NCBI RefSeq assembly: GCF_963921235.1
Contig: NC_086127.1
Coordinates: 5,518,001 to 5,582,000 of the forward strand
Direction of reading: 5' to 3'
From: Mobula hypostoma
Lineage: Eukaryota
DNA: 64,000 nt
The notes beneath the pieces were generated by a model. The model ran no database searches and was not told the origin of the DNA. It saw only the letters and a program-made list of their open reading frames with translations. Every line of letters starts with the position of its first letter. Position 1 is the first letter of the stretch. The translations under genes and the position numbers were made by a program. Positions 51,335-63,269 of this stretch are shown here, one piece after another.

Positions 51335-51640
51335 AGAATCAGATTCAATCCTAAACTCGGTGACTGTCTGTGTGGAGTTTGCACGTTCTAACTCTGACCA
51401 CACGGGTCCCTCCTGGGTGCGCGGCTTTGATCACATATCAGGAAGTGATGCGTGCTGCTCGGCCAATTAGACGCTGCAAATTGCTTCAGGTGTACACGTG
51501 GATGATGTAGTCTGAAGCGAACTGAACAAATGTGGAGAGAATAAGAGATTGATATTGTATTAGTGTAAATGGGTGTCTGATAGTCGGTGGGGACTCGATA
51601 GTCTGAAGTGCCTCCTTTCGTTCCGTAAGTCTCGATGATT
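51335..51640 (+). mobile_element. HE1/V-SINE-like SINE (degenerate) in the intron of copy 3
   Basis: CTGTCTGTGTGGAGTTTGCACGTTCT core and CR1-like 3' tail. Confidence 0.55.
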
Positions 51641-52805
51641 CAGTGGTTCTAAGAGCCAGGAAGTCATGGCGAAACGTTTTGTCTAATAGATCTGCATGGT
51701 CTGATGCATCTGCTGTCAGATTTCAGGCTCCGCTCTCTAAGAAACCCGTGAATATCTCAGAAATGTGCGAAAAAATCGATTGGAGTGATCCCCGAGAAGA
51801 TGATGTGTTGCGTGGACAGCCTGGAGTCGTTCTGAGGGGATCTGATGTCCAAATAAACTAGACAGAGAGTAAATTTGCCAATGACAAGAACGTCACGAAC
51901 CGGGACCCAGAATATGAAAATGACCAGCAAAGTAAAGACTAAAATGACAAGAGGGAAATAAGTTATTCTGGTCTGGATGGGACGGCAGGGCCAGCAGGGA
52001 ATCTCCATTCCATTCATACAATTGGAATATCGAAGCGCACAAAACACGGGCTTTCTAAGCCCACCTCGGTGATGTAAATGCAGCTGTCTATCTTCACAAA
52101 TGCCCTTGGCCTGAATTGGTAAGCTAAAATTTAAATACATGTGTTCATGAGAATTCCTTCACTCACGGTCACGCCATTGAGTTGCGTACACAGGTCAGTG
52201 CACTGGTGGGACCCCAAATAATAGTTAAGGAATATCTGGCGCAAACGTGAATTAATTTTAACAATCAATGGACTTTTAACAATCCATAAACATACAGCAA
52301 TATTTCACAGACTGTAAGAGTGACGACACTGACCAATGAGTACTGGGAAAATTTGCTGGGACAATTGGGTTAGTTACTCACACAGTAAAGACCAATTGCC
52401 CGGTTGTAAACATGAGCAGCTGATCACTCTCAGTAACTCCAGAGCAATCGATTCTGTGGGTTTCAAACAGAAGAAGGTTAACACTTTCGCTGTGTTTCAC
52501 CAGTTAAAAAGCTTATTTAGCCAACAGCAGCAGAGGAAAAAGAGAGGCATAGTATCACCAAAAGCCAAATAAAATAGGAATTACTTGGATCATTTGCGTA
52601 ACACAACTGTTTTAAAGCATTTGTTTGCATCCTTCAATACAGTCGCCAAAAATTCAACAACATGGATTTTATCTGCGAATTATGACTATTTATTATCAGG
52701 CAGTAACCAGGCTGGTTGTCGACTTCTTCGCCGGATGTCTCTCTGTGGTTCTACAATCTGACCTTTCAATAAACTTTAAACGCTCAGAAATAAAGCAGTA
52801 GGTCC

Positions 52806-52807
<2 letters not shown>

Positions 52808-52863
<56 letters not shown>
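52808..52863. repeat. (TTA)~18 microsatellite
   Basis: Seen directly in the sequence. Confidence 0.95.
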
Positions 52864-52866
<3 letters not shown>

Positions 52867-54206
52867 CATTTTATGGTTGTTATTATTATTTATCGCTATT
52901 ACCATTAGAACTAGTATAATTATCATTACTAGTGCCATACGTTGAGGATGTAGGATCGTGGAAACGATATCACTGTTCCACTCTTGGCTCAAGCAAAATC
53001 ATAGCATCAGCAGGCAAACAATTTCAACTATAGATCAAACCGGGAGACAATCTCGAGTGTAAAATTACATAAATAACAAAATAAATTTATAGGTGCTTAC
53101 CAGGGACACCAACATTTGCAATTATGATATAATATATTTTCCTGATACTGCAGAATGTCTCCAGCATGTTCTACGTGATGAATCTGTTCCACTGATTTAC
53201 AAGCAACGACACTGAGGTATTTGTTCCGGCTGTCTTTAGTATAAACCCCTCCACATCTCCACAGGGACAGTAAGGTTACATCATCATTCAGATTCACAAT
53301 TGTTTTAATTAAATCTGGCGTCGATATGTTTGAAACTGTTTGGATGTACTTATCTATGAATACCCCAGAGTACCGACAATTCTAATCAAGTTAATCAAAG
53401 ATTAAGGCGAATTTCTTTCAATCAAAGATGAGGCTCATCATTAAAGCAGGCTGATGTTAAGCAACATATCCCGCATTATTTCACTGTGGGCCTTTGCTCA
53501 GTTGTGGCCGATAGTCAGTACTATTTGCTACAGTCAACTCTCATTCTATTAATACCAAATGTGACCCTCTTTAACTGAGAGATTTCAAGTTAAAAACTTT
53601 ATTTTATCTCAAACATGAAACACCTATATTGGCTATAGCTTGAAAGATTGATAGATGTCCTCAATTTTACCGAAATTACACGGTTAATAATGTTTCAATT
53701 GTTAAAAAAAATCAATAATTTATTCCAGTATCAAACTTTCGATATAAACTTCAAATAAAATTGATTTTAAAGCCGCACAATAATACAAAACGTCAACTTA
53801 TTTCCGGAAGACACTTCTAAGAATGTGAATTTCTAAATGGTTTACTTAACTAAACACTTCTATTAATATTGTACCGTAAATCACATCAAACATTTTACTA
53901 CATGGTTGTGTAGATATCTGAAACAGTACTGTCCTCAGTCAGTACATTACCTTAAATAATTCTGCTCATCAAACTGATGACGGACTTTATACCAAACATG
54001 CTCCGCACTCAAATCAACCGCACTCCACTGGAACAGCTCTACCACTCGTTGATATACGACTGGCAACTTTATAGTGGCCAATTTATCCATCAACCCATAA
54101 CTTTTTGGAAAGTAGAAGGATACCGGAATTCCCATTGGAAAACTGGTAGACACCAGAAATTTCCCCCACCCCGCGAGTCTCTCTGAAATAGCCCTGAAGA
54201 TGAATA

Positions 54207-54636
54207 CTCTGTACTAGCCATGGTCCTGAAGCTGAACACTCTGCACTATCCATGGTGCTGAAGCTACACACTCTGCACTATCCATGGTGCTGAAGCAGCG
54301 CACTCTGCACTCTCCATGGCGCTGAAGCTGCACAGTCTGCACTATCCATGGTGCTGAAGCTGCACACTCTGCACTATCCATGGTGCTGAAGCAGCGCACT
54401 CTGCACTCTCCATGGCGCTGAAGCTGCACAGTCTGCACTATCCATGGTGCTGACGCCGCACACACTGCACTATCCATGGTCCTGAAGCTGCACACTCTGC
54501 ACTATCCATGGTGCAACGCCGCACACTCTGCACTATCCATGGTCCTGAAGCTGCACACTCTGCACGATCCACGATCATAAAGCTGTACATTTCGCACTGT
54601 CCATGGTCCTGAAGCTACATACTCTCTGCACTATCC
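54207..54636. repeat. 32-bp minisatellite, ~13 copies (CTCTGCACTATCCATGGTGCTGAAGCTGCACA)
   Basis: Seen directly in the sequence. Confidence 0.9.
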
Positions 54637-54702
54637 AGTCCTTTCCAACTCTAGGGTCGGCCGCTATGACGTATATCACTGTCAATCTTTAACATGCGAA
54701 CC

Positions 54703-55229
54703 TGTTAAGGATCCGGCCTGAACACGGGGTCGAAGGGCCTCTGCTTGTAGCTCCGGATCAAGACAGTCTTTAATTTCTGTTTTATTTCACCTGGCCGTGT
54801 GAGTTCTGGCCCAGCTTCTTTCCCTTTTTGGACTTCCTCCAATTATCTGCTTGTCCCCTCATTTGCACCCACTTGTTCCTAATTTTTCTCTCATTACCCT
54901 GGCCATTTAAACCCCTCCTTGACTAGCATTCTCTGCCAGTTCGTCCCAGATTCTGACCTCTGTCTTTCTAGTCTGTCATTGCGACTTCTGCCAACCGATT
55001 TTACTCGATTCTGTGTTTTGGATTTTGCCTGTTCCTGGACCTGATTTTTGCCTGTGCGTTCTGGATTTTATGCCCTCGCATGACTGCCTTCCCTGGAAAG
55101 ATCTCAGCCTGCCATTTCAGATTCGTGCCTGCCTTCTGTTTTTGAAAGACTGTTGCCTTTGTGCTCCCTCATAAACCCTGGAGAAGAAGTATTCGTTGGT
55201 CCGAACTTGAGTCCTGCCGAAACCCGACA
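54703..55229 (+). mobile_element. Solo LTR (527 bp)
   Basis: TGT...ACA termini flanked by a perfect 5-bp TSD GAACC (54698-54702 / 55230-55234); internal TTTAAA and CATAAA signals. Confidence 0.8.
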
Positions 55230-56062
55230 GAACCTCTTTCCAGTGTTCAAGTTCTAATACTGAATTCTAATTAAGCTACAAGCATTTCACTCTGCCCTGC
55301 ATGATTTTCTTCTGCGTTATGAGAGAATATTATAACAGTTCATGTATTGGCAGACCATCATTCGGATTGAGTGTGGTTAAAATATCTGCAATTGCTCTGA
55401 TTTGTCGTTTTAATTTCTATCCGAGCCCAATCTGTCCATAACTGGAGAACTAATTGCTGAATTCCAAGGTCGCATAATTCATCCGTCAAGTTTCCATGTT
55501 GAATTTAGCAACTTCGGGTAAGTCATCTTCAGTTCTTGAAAGAAAAAAGACCTATTATGCCATACTATTAACAGCTCTGCATTTCACAAATTCCGCATAA
55601 GACTTCGATTGTACTTCGTTGCCCGCCTGTCTGTCTATTTAGCTATCTATCTGTCTGTCTGTTCATCTGTATCTCTGTCTGTCGGTCTGTCTCTCTCCCC
55701 ATAATGTCCACATTTACCCGACAATCGGATGTTCGAAGCAATAACACAGCAATCCTGGCTTTGCAGTACGAGAGGTATCTCGTTGTCTTACTGATTGTTC
55801 CGCCCTCCCTGCTGCTTCAGTTTTACGTCAGCTGATACACGACGGATGCAGGCACGTAAACCAACCGAGTCCATCAAACTCACTCTTAGACTAATCAAAC
55901 ACAGATCACATTCTTACTTTTCCACTCATTCCCCTTGTATTTTCCAGAAGTAAAGACGAAACATTGCAAGGAGAAAATGGCGACTGTCGTTTTGCCAACA
56001 ATCAGTGTTGTGCTTTGTTTATTAAAAAACACTACCCTTCTCTTTAATCTGTGAGCCTAGGT

Positions 56063-57730
56063 CAAGGGTTTTTAACCTGCTGTCGGGGATCAGTGGATAG
56101 ATAAACGTAGATGGGAAAAATACATCTTTATTTTCACAAAACTCCAACTGAAATTTATCATTTCCTTCAAATACGGATTTAGGCAAGAAACCATAGTAGG
56201 ATAGGCAGTACTTGTGACTTTGTCATCAATAGAAATTGCTCAAAATACAGTTTACATCACACTCATCACTGTTTCGAAATTACGACGGTTTTCAGACCCG
56301 CCATTAGATCAAAAGTGATTTCAGTCTCCTTGTCCGTCGATACACCTGTGAAGTAGCTGTACAACTATCGGACAACCCTGCGGCTAGTAGTCGTTCAGTC
56401 ACCAAACGGTGACGTCACGTGTTCTCACATTTGTAACTCAGACATCTAGGTTGTTTTCCATCATTCCCAAACTCAATAAGGCCAAGAAACTGGTTGTAGA
56501 GGAAAACCAAAGGTCCGTGAACCAGTAATCATCGGAAGATCACAGTAGAGAGTGTGAGTAACTTAATTTCCCGGGTGTCGGTATCTCAGAGGACCTGTCC
56601 TGGACCATCAAGGAAGTGTTATTGCAAAGAAATCACGACAGCGCCTGTACTTCCTCAGGATGTCTTTGCAAACTTTGGCAATCTTCTCTAGATGTGCGGT
56701 GGACAGTGTGCTAACTGGCTGCATTGCGACCTGGTGTCAGAACCCCTCAATCATCAGGCTGCTGAACAAAAGGTGACAACTACACTCATTTAAGGACTTC
56801 CTGCCTGTTATTTTTTGTTATTTATTTATATCTGCATATCGACAGTTTGTTTACAGTTAACAGTTCCTGATGTCTACAGTTTACATTTGCTGATCTATAG
56901 ATTTGATAACTATGTCCACAGCAACGATAGTCTCTGATTTGTATGTGATGGCGTGTATGTACTCTGATAATACGTTTTGCTTCGAACTTTTTGAACTTTG
57001 ATCTTTGAACTTATCTGCAATTGCCGCTTGATCAATACGGAGAAGGAGGTGGGTCGTTTTTATTGTGTGTTAAAGTTTTGCAAAACTGGTCAGTTCAAAT
57101 GAGAATTCTTAGCTCTCCGTAAGGCCGCGCTGTCTTTTGTCACACAGAGAGACATATGGGCTACGAGTGTTGACCGGGCAAGTTCAGACACGGTCTGACG
57201 GTTGGGAGAACTGTTGAAGTTACTTAAAGTAACGTTGTACTTTTGTTTACAGATTGTGAAGTGATACAGGTCGTGCCCTGCGTTGCAAAACCTGTGAGTA
57301 GCAGAAGCTCTTCCTGTTTTTTCGTTTTTCTCTCCCTACTTCCTTAGTGTAGACAGACTGCGTTATGACGTAATGACGTCCAACATGACATGCGTGTTGC
57401 TTTATCAGAGACCACCTCACAATTTACTGTTCTTATTCAAGCTGAGCTATCACAGCATTCACACTGATAAGTCTTTAAAACTGAAATTTAATTTTAACCT
57501 GCCTATGTTTTAAATGCCTCACCTTGTCATAAATAGGCACACATATACTACTACATCATTAATTCATTTTAAAATATTTTATAACTGCATTTCAATATAA
57601 TTGGTTTATTTTGCAATTCTCTGTATTTTATTCCATATATTTAAATACATTATTCTGAGAAGGGTCCATAGGCTTCACCGGACTGCCAAAGGCGTCCAAG
57701 CCTTTAAAAAATAAAGGTGAACAACCTCAG
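56063..57730. mobile_element. Non-autonomous hAT (Charlie-like) element with nested Rex1-like fragment (~56460-57010)
   Basis: Degenerate TIRs CAAGGGTTTTTAACCT / AGGTGAACAACCTCAG, subterminal GGGTCCATAGGCTTCACC, imperfect 8-bp TSD GCCTAGGT/GACTAGAG with a CTAG centre. Confidence 0.7.
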
Positions 57731-57920
57731 GACTAGAGGGATAATTGACAAGATGGTTTGGTTCTATGAAAGGAGGTCGGCTTATCCACTGCTTCGTGGT
57801 GGGTGGGCTTCAGGATGTTGGGTTGTAATCCCACTGTTACCACTTTCTTTTATAATGATGTTCAGCATGCTGTCAGTCAAGTACGTTTTATTTACCAGTC
57901 GTGTGCAGATGTCGCTAAGG

Positions 57921-58271
57921 CCGAAGCCCCGCGTCTGCGTGTCAGTGAGTCAGGAGAAGTCGGAGGACCGATGCCTGTGAATTCTCGAGTCCTGAGGGTG
58001 GATTACTGTCTATATGTCTGAGTCGGTGATTGGGTGGATCGAGGTTAAGGAAGGGGCTTGTTTCTCCGTGGGTTTTTTTCGCTGTTTCTCTGTTGTTGTT
58101 GCTTGTGTTGTTCTGCGGACCGATGTGGGCGAGCTATGTTTGCGTCAGAATGTGCGGTGATTCTTACGGGATGCCGCTAGCACATCCGTAGCTCGTGTTG
58201 TTATTAACGCAAACGACGCATTTCACTGTATGTTTCGGTGTACATCTGATAAAAATAAATCTGAATCTGAA
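57921..58271 (+). mobile_element. Short retroposon with (CTGAAT)n tail inserted in copy 4
   Basis: Ends AATAAATCTGAATCTGAA; TSD GCTAAGG/GCTGAGG. Confidence 0.7.
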
Positions 58272-58774
58272 GCTGAGGGTTCAGGGTGAGGGAAAGAATC
58301 AGACTGACCCAGAGGCTGAGAACAAAGGGAGCAATGTGATTTTGTTCTTCACCATATCCGTCAGCTCCATTCTCCCGTGTCTAACCTCGGTTATGGATCG
58401 CTTATATCATAATATTGCTGGAGCAAATCCCAGTAATTATAACCAATCTTGGTATATCTTTGGCCATCTCGGATACACGATAGAGAATCAAGCATGTGTT
58501 CGAACCCGTTTACTTCCGAGTGTCTCTGCGAATTTCAGAGATTATTTTTTAAACGCTGTGAAATAACCCGCGGCCATAATTCCTCTAATTGTTAATAAAG
58601 CGAACTCTTGTTCTGAGCCAGTGTTGCGCCCCAGATGAAACTACACAATGATTGAGTGTCATCTGTAAATGATGCGGAAGTGAGGGGGATACGGCAATTA
58701 CTTTGGCTGACAAATCTAACACTCTGTGCGGCCTAGTCGGCCAGGGATGAATTGGATCAAATCTCACAAATCTG

Positions 58775-59625
58775 TTCAAGTGCAACTCATCCGATGAACA
58801 ACTCATGTGCAAAAGAAGACAAACTGTGCAAATACAAAGTCAATGAATAATACTGAGAACATGAGTTTTGGAGTTCTTGACAGTGCGACCACGGGTTATG
58901 TTCTCTGATCAATTCAGTGTTGAGCTGAGTGAAGTTGTCCTCGCTGGTTCGGGATAATAACGTTCAGAGTTGAATTTCAAAGTTGAAAATAAATTTATTT
59001 GAAAAGTACATGCATGTCATGATAAACCCGACAACTCATTTTATTGCGGGCATTCAGAGTAAATCCGAGAAACATAATAGACTCAATGGGAGAACCGCAA
59101 ACAATAGGACGAAAACAGCAATCTGGCAAAAGACCGCAAGCTGTGCAAATGCGAAAGAGAATATAAATTAATAGTAATAATAATACACATACTAATAAAT
59201 TTTAAAAACACTAAAAAACGAGAAATTGAGCCGCAGGCCCTTGAAAGCGAATCCATAGGTTGTGGGAACGGTTGAGTGATGGGACGAGTGAAGTTGAGCG
59301 AATTTACCCCCTTTGTTTAAAGAACCGGTTGGTTGAGCCTTAATTACTGTCCCTGAACCTGGTGCTGTGGGTTCTGAGGTTTCTGCGCCTTCTTCGTGAT
59401 GGCAGCAGCGAGAGGAGAGCGAGACCTGGATGGTGGGATCCTTGAGAATGGGTGACGCTTTACTGCGATCACACTCCATGTAGATGTGTTCAGTTGTGTG
59501 GAGGGGTTTACCCGTGATGCACCGGGCTGTATCCACGCCGTTTTGCAGGCTTCACCATTGAAGGGCATTGGTATTCCCATCCCAGGTCGTGATGCAACCG
59601 GTCAATATACTCTCCACATGCCGAA
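58775..59625 (-). mobile_element. Rex1/Babar-like 3' fragments
   Basis: MDTARCITGKPLHTTEHIYMECDRSKASPILKDP. Confidence 0.65.
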
Positions 59626-59687
59626 TCCTCGGATTGTTCCAAAGAGCAAGTTCTGCAACGTCACACGAACTGCTTTCACTCCTGACT

Positions 59688-59997
59688 TGTTACGACACGG
59701 ACCCCAACGCTCCTGACTCCGGGCTTCAGACGGTCTAATTCTCCGGAATATGGACAGCTGGCGCGGCCCCTTTAAAGATTAAAGCCGCCCCGCTAATTGG
59801 CGGACATGTTTTGGCGCTAAGTTTTTTAATATTTAAAGAACTGAATCTCGGTGCTCAATCGTCAGCTGTACCTGGATTTGTGTCCAGCGTCCAACTTATA
59901 AGCCTGTCTTGTTTCAGTCTTGTATCATGTCTCGGTTCCAGTCTCGGATACCCCAGCACTGGGACCCGAACCATCCTCGCCCAGGTCTCTCGTCACA
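59688..59997 (+). mobile_element. LTR-like segment (TGTTACG...CGTCACA), no TSD found
   Basis: Inverted terminal heptamers and internal TTTAAA. Confidence 0.4.
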
Positions 59998-60054
59998 CAA
60001 CCTCCCTTCATCAGCCTGCCCATTCATCGCAGTGACCATCCGAGGGAAGAGTGT

Positions 60055-60514
60055 CCCGGGGTGGGTAGAGTATAATCGGTTTGATAAGGTCGTCGTCCCG
60101 TTGCTCCCTTTCGGTGTAATCGTACTCTTCAATATCCTGACAGTCAGGCACATTTTACTGACCAGTCGGGTCCGTAAGGCGCTGAGGCGACAGGGAAAGG
60201 GGGAGAATCAGAGTGACCCGCAGATGGAGAGCAGGAGAAGGTCTGTGATCTTACTGTTCACCATCTCCGGCAGCTTCATCCTTCTGTGGTTGACGACTCT
60301 GATTGATTACCGATATTATAACGTTTCGGGAAGAAATCCCAATTATTACAACCCTGCTGAATATATCTTCGGTCAGATCGGATATATACTGCAGAACGTA
60401 AACCTTTGTACAAATACGTTCATTTATGGCGTGACTCAGGCCAAGTTCAGACAGGAGTTTGTGAACGCTGTGAAATATCCGGTCAACGTTCTTATCCGGA
60501 TTATTAATAAATAA
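60055..60514 (+). pseudogene. GPR139-like GPCR copy 5: open 3' half only (end of ECL2, TM5-TM7, C-tail)
   Basis: PGWVEYNRFDKVVVPLLPFGVIVLFN...MESRRRSVILLFTISGSFILLW...CTNTFIYGVTQAKFR; no upstream TM1-4 sequence found. Confidence 0.8.
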
Positions 60515-62019
60515 ATTGATCAGCTGGTCGCAGGCTCGGGTTTGGATGTTTTCTCTAGTCAGGAACGGCCTGACCCTGACCTGGAATAATCATGCACGTG
60601 AAAATGCGGCCAGCATCGATCCACAGCAACAGTTAGGACAAGGAAGTAGTTTTGGTTGAACGTGGCAACACGATCTCGCCGCAAGTGACCTCGCCTGCTT
60701 TCTTTCCACGGCACCACCCAATCGGTAACCATGCTATGTCTGTCTTCAGCTCATCCATTACTTCTCCGTCTGCGCTTTTCATTCCTATCTTTACAGTGAA
60801 GTTAATTCCGTTTAGCTGAACTCTAACAATGGCACTTTGACCCTCGCTATTTCTCTCTCACCAGTCACTTCCCGAGTCTCTGACCTGTAATACCTTTCGC
60901 TCAGACAGGATTTCATAAGTAATATTCACGACTTTTCCTCCAGCTTCGAGTGTTTGCATATCAGTCACATTGGGAAATTTCCCATCACTGTGCGCTCATT
61001 GCATTTTCCCCACAGAACATTATTAACGACGGTGGTGGTGTTTATTTTAATTCTTAAAACAATCTTTGTCTGTGGCTTTAATTACTTCTCTGCGCCACAT
61101 ACCTCATTTACAATGTCGTTTACCAACTGTCCACATGAGACTCTATCAGGCATATTAAGTGAATGTCGATTCATTCGAGGGATGACGCGATGTCTCTCGG
61201 CACTTGCTTTGTCCTGGCACGGCGGCGCTGAAATCGGAATCAATTATTTCACGGGGAAAGTGTTGAATGTGTTGAGTGAGTGTCCAAACCCAAGACAGTT
61301 GTGGAGGAACTGGACACAGTATCTGATCAGCAGACGGGGGAGAGGTGTTGGGGACATGGATGCTGAGATATCCGGTGCTATGGAAACAATGACGTTTGTG
61401 GCGCTGGGATGGATGGTGACAGTGATGTGTGGAATGTGATAGTAAGTGTGAGACTCCTGAGGGTTTAGTATTGAGGGTCAACTCTGTCAGTTGTTGCTGT
61501 TACATTTCTTTATATCCCGATGGAAATGCAGAAATTAAATGCAAATCCAGATGTTCAGTTCTGAGAACTTGTCCCTCCTATCTTTAAATATTTAAACATG
61601 TCGATCTTTAGAATTTTTGTAACTGCGAATCACTCCTCTGAGCAAATTTAAACTATGTTCCTTGTTTTGTGAAATCCTACCAAACAATTCTACTTGTGAT
61701 TGCGCGAAGGTTTGTTTTAATTGACTCATGATTATATTTAAATAATTGGAGCGTTTGTTATGTCCTTTTGTGTCTATTTCACTCTTCTATCGGCAACCAG
61801 CTGCCGAGGACTGGTAAAATATTTACTTATTGGCTTTAATCAAACGTTTAATTGCAAAGGTGTCTTACACACATTCAGTATTCATCCTGCGACTGCCTGC
61901 CCTGACAGGACGCGATCAATATCAGTCAGACTTGCGGTGCCCATTGTCCCCTTATCCCAGTCGCAAGGTCTCTCCTACCGGCTGTAGGTCGTCAGTTCCC
62001 GTGCCGACCCGCTGAAGCA

Positions 62020-62611
62020 CACAGTCACAGAGCTAAATATCACAGAGACAGGGTCTTTGTCCGAAATCATCCATACAGTCACAGAGCGAAATATCACAGA
62101 GACAGGGTCTTTGTCCAAACTCATCCATACAGTCACAGAGCAAAATATCACAGAGACAGGATCTTTATCTAAACTCATCCAGACAGCTGCAGAGCGAAAT
62201 ATCACAGAAACAGGGTCTTTGTCCAATCTCATTCATACAGTCACAGAACAAAATATCACAGAGACAGGGTCTTTATCTAAACTCATCCATACAGTTGCAG
62301 AGCCAAATATCACAGAAACAGGGTCTTTGTCCAAACTCATCCGTACAGTCACAGAGAGAAATATCACAGAGACAGGGTCTTTGTCCAAACTCATCCATAC
62401 AGTCACAGAGCGAAATATCACAGAGACGGGGTCTTTGTCCAAACTCATCCATACAGTCACAGAGCAAAATATCACAGAGACAGGGTCTTTATCCAAACTC
62501 ATCCATACGGTCACAGAGTGAAATATCACAGAGACAGGGTCTTTGTCCAAACTCATCCATACAGTCACAGAGCGAAATATCACAGAGACAGGGTCTTTGT
62601 CCAAACTCATG
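62020..62611. repeat. 54-bp minisatellite, ~11 copies (CATCCATACAGTCACAGAGCGAAATATCACAGAGACAGGGTCTTTGTCCAAACT)
   Basis: Seen directly; 18-aa periodicity in the ORF track. Confidence 0.95.
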
Positions 62612-63269
62612 CATGCCATCCAAGGTGTCCATCTATGATAATCACATCTGACCGTGTTTGACCAACATCTCCCGAAACCATTCGTTCTATGTAGTAGTCT
62701 AATTGTCATTTAAATATTTCTATTTTGCTTGCTTTAGCCACTTCCTTCCAATTAATCGTTCAGTAGACGTGCGGCCCTCCACGTGAAATTGCCACTCAGG
62801 TCGTTAACCTCTCAAGTTAAACCTATGTTCTCAATTCTTGGAATTCCTTTCCCTGAGTAAAGCCTCCTACGATCAGAGCAATACAGTTCTACGAAACCCA
62901 AGCTCCTCCTGTATCTTATGCCATTGATTCCTGGCAAATTATCCTGAAACTTTTTTTTCATTCTTTACAGCTCAATGGCATTTTGCAAATTTCGAAGTTC
63001 AATGTAAGTTTAACATCAAAGTACATATGATTCACCATTCAGTTTCTTTCTTGCGGGCATACACAGTAAATTCAAGACGCACGATAGAATTAACATAAGA
63101 CCGCACTCAACAGGACAGAAAAGTAGCCTGCGTGCAAAATACTACAAATTGTGCAAATACAAGTTTAATAATAATAGTCAGTACTTTCTACCGATATAAA
63201 CATGAACTTTGGAATGGACAAGTGCAGAGCATTAAACATAAAGAAAGTTGTAACAGAGCTGATAGAATA

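Larger units (their letters stand above)
49649..53167 (-). pseudogene. GPR139/GPR142-like GPCR copy 3 (exon 1 53101-53167; exon 2 49649-50556) with a single in-frame TGA at 50264-50266
   Basis: Exon 1 MLETFCSIRKIYYIIIANVGVP|GTAAGC, acceptor AG at 50558-50557. KTKY*TGKTAAL aligns to KASYCTGRTAAL; otherwise the frame is open to the normal stop. Confidence 0.85.
55945..58600 (+). pseudogene. GPR139-like GPCR copy 4: old pseudogene in three pieces (55945-56062, 57731-57920, 58272-58600)
   Basis: KTKHCKEKMATVVLPTISVVLCLLKN (ICL2-TM4) | GIIDKMVWF..VIPLLPLSFIMMFSMLSVKYVLFTSRVQMSLR (ECL2-TM5) | LRVQGEGKNQTDPE..LFFTIS..GANPSNYNQSWYIFGHLGY..NAVK*, collinear with the paralogues. Confidence 0.8.

Noticed and set aside
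54207-54636. CRISPR-like array (32-bp repeats)
   Set aside because: Units are head-to-tail with no unique spacers; eukaryotic context with no cas genes.
59909-60054. N-terminal part of the 201-aa ORF as a real receptor N-terminus
   Set aside because: Derived from LTR-like/non-homologous sequence, starts at a non-ATG codon and has no TM1-4.
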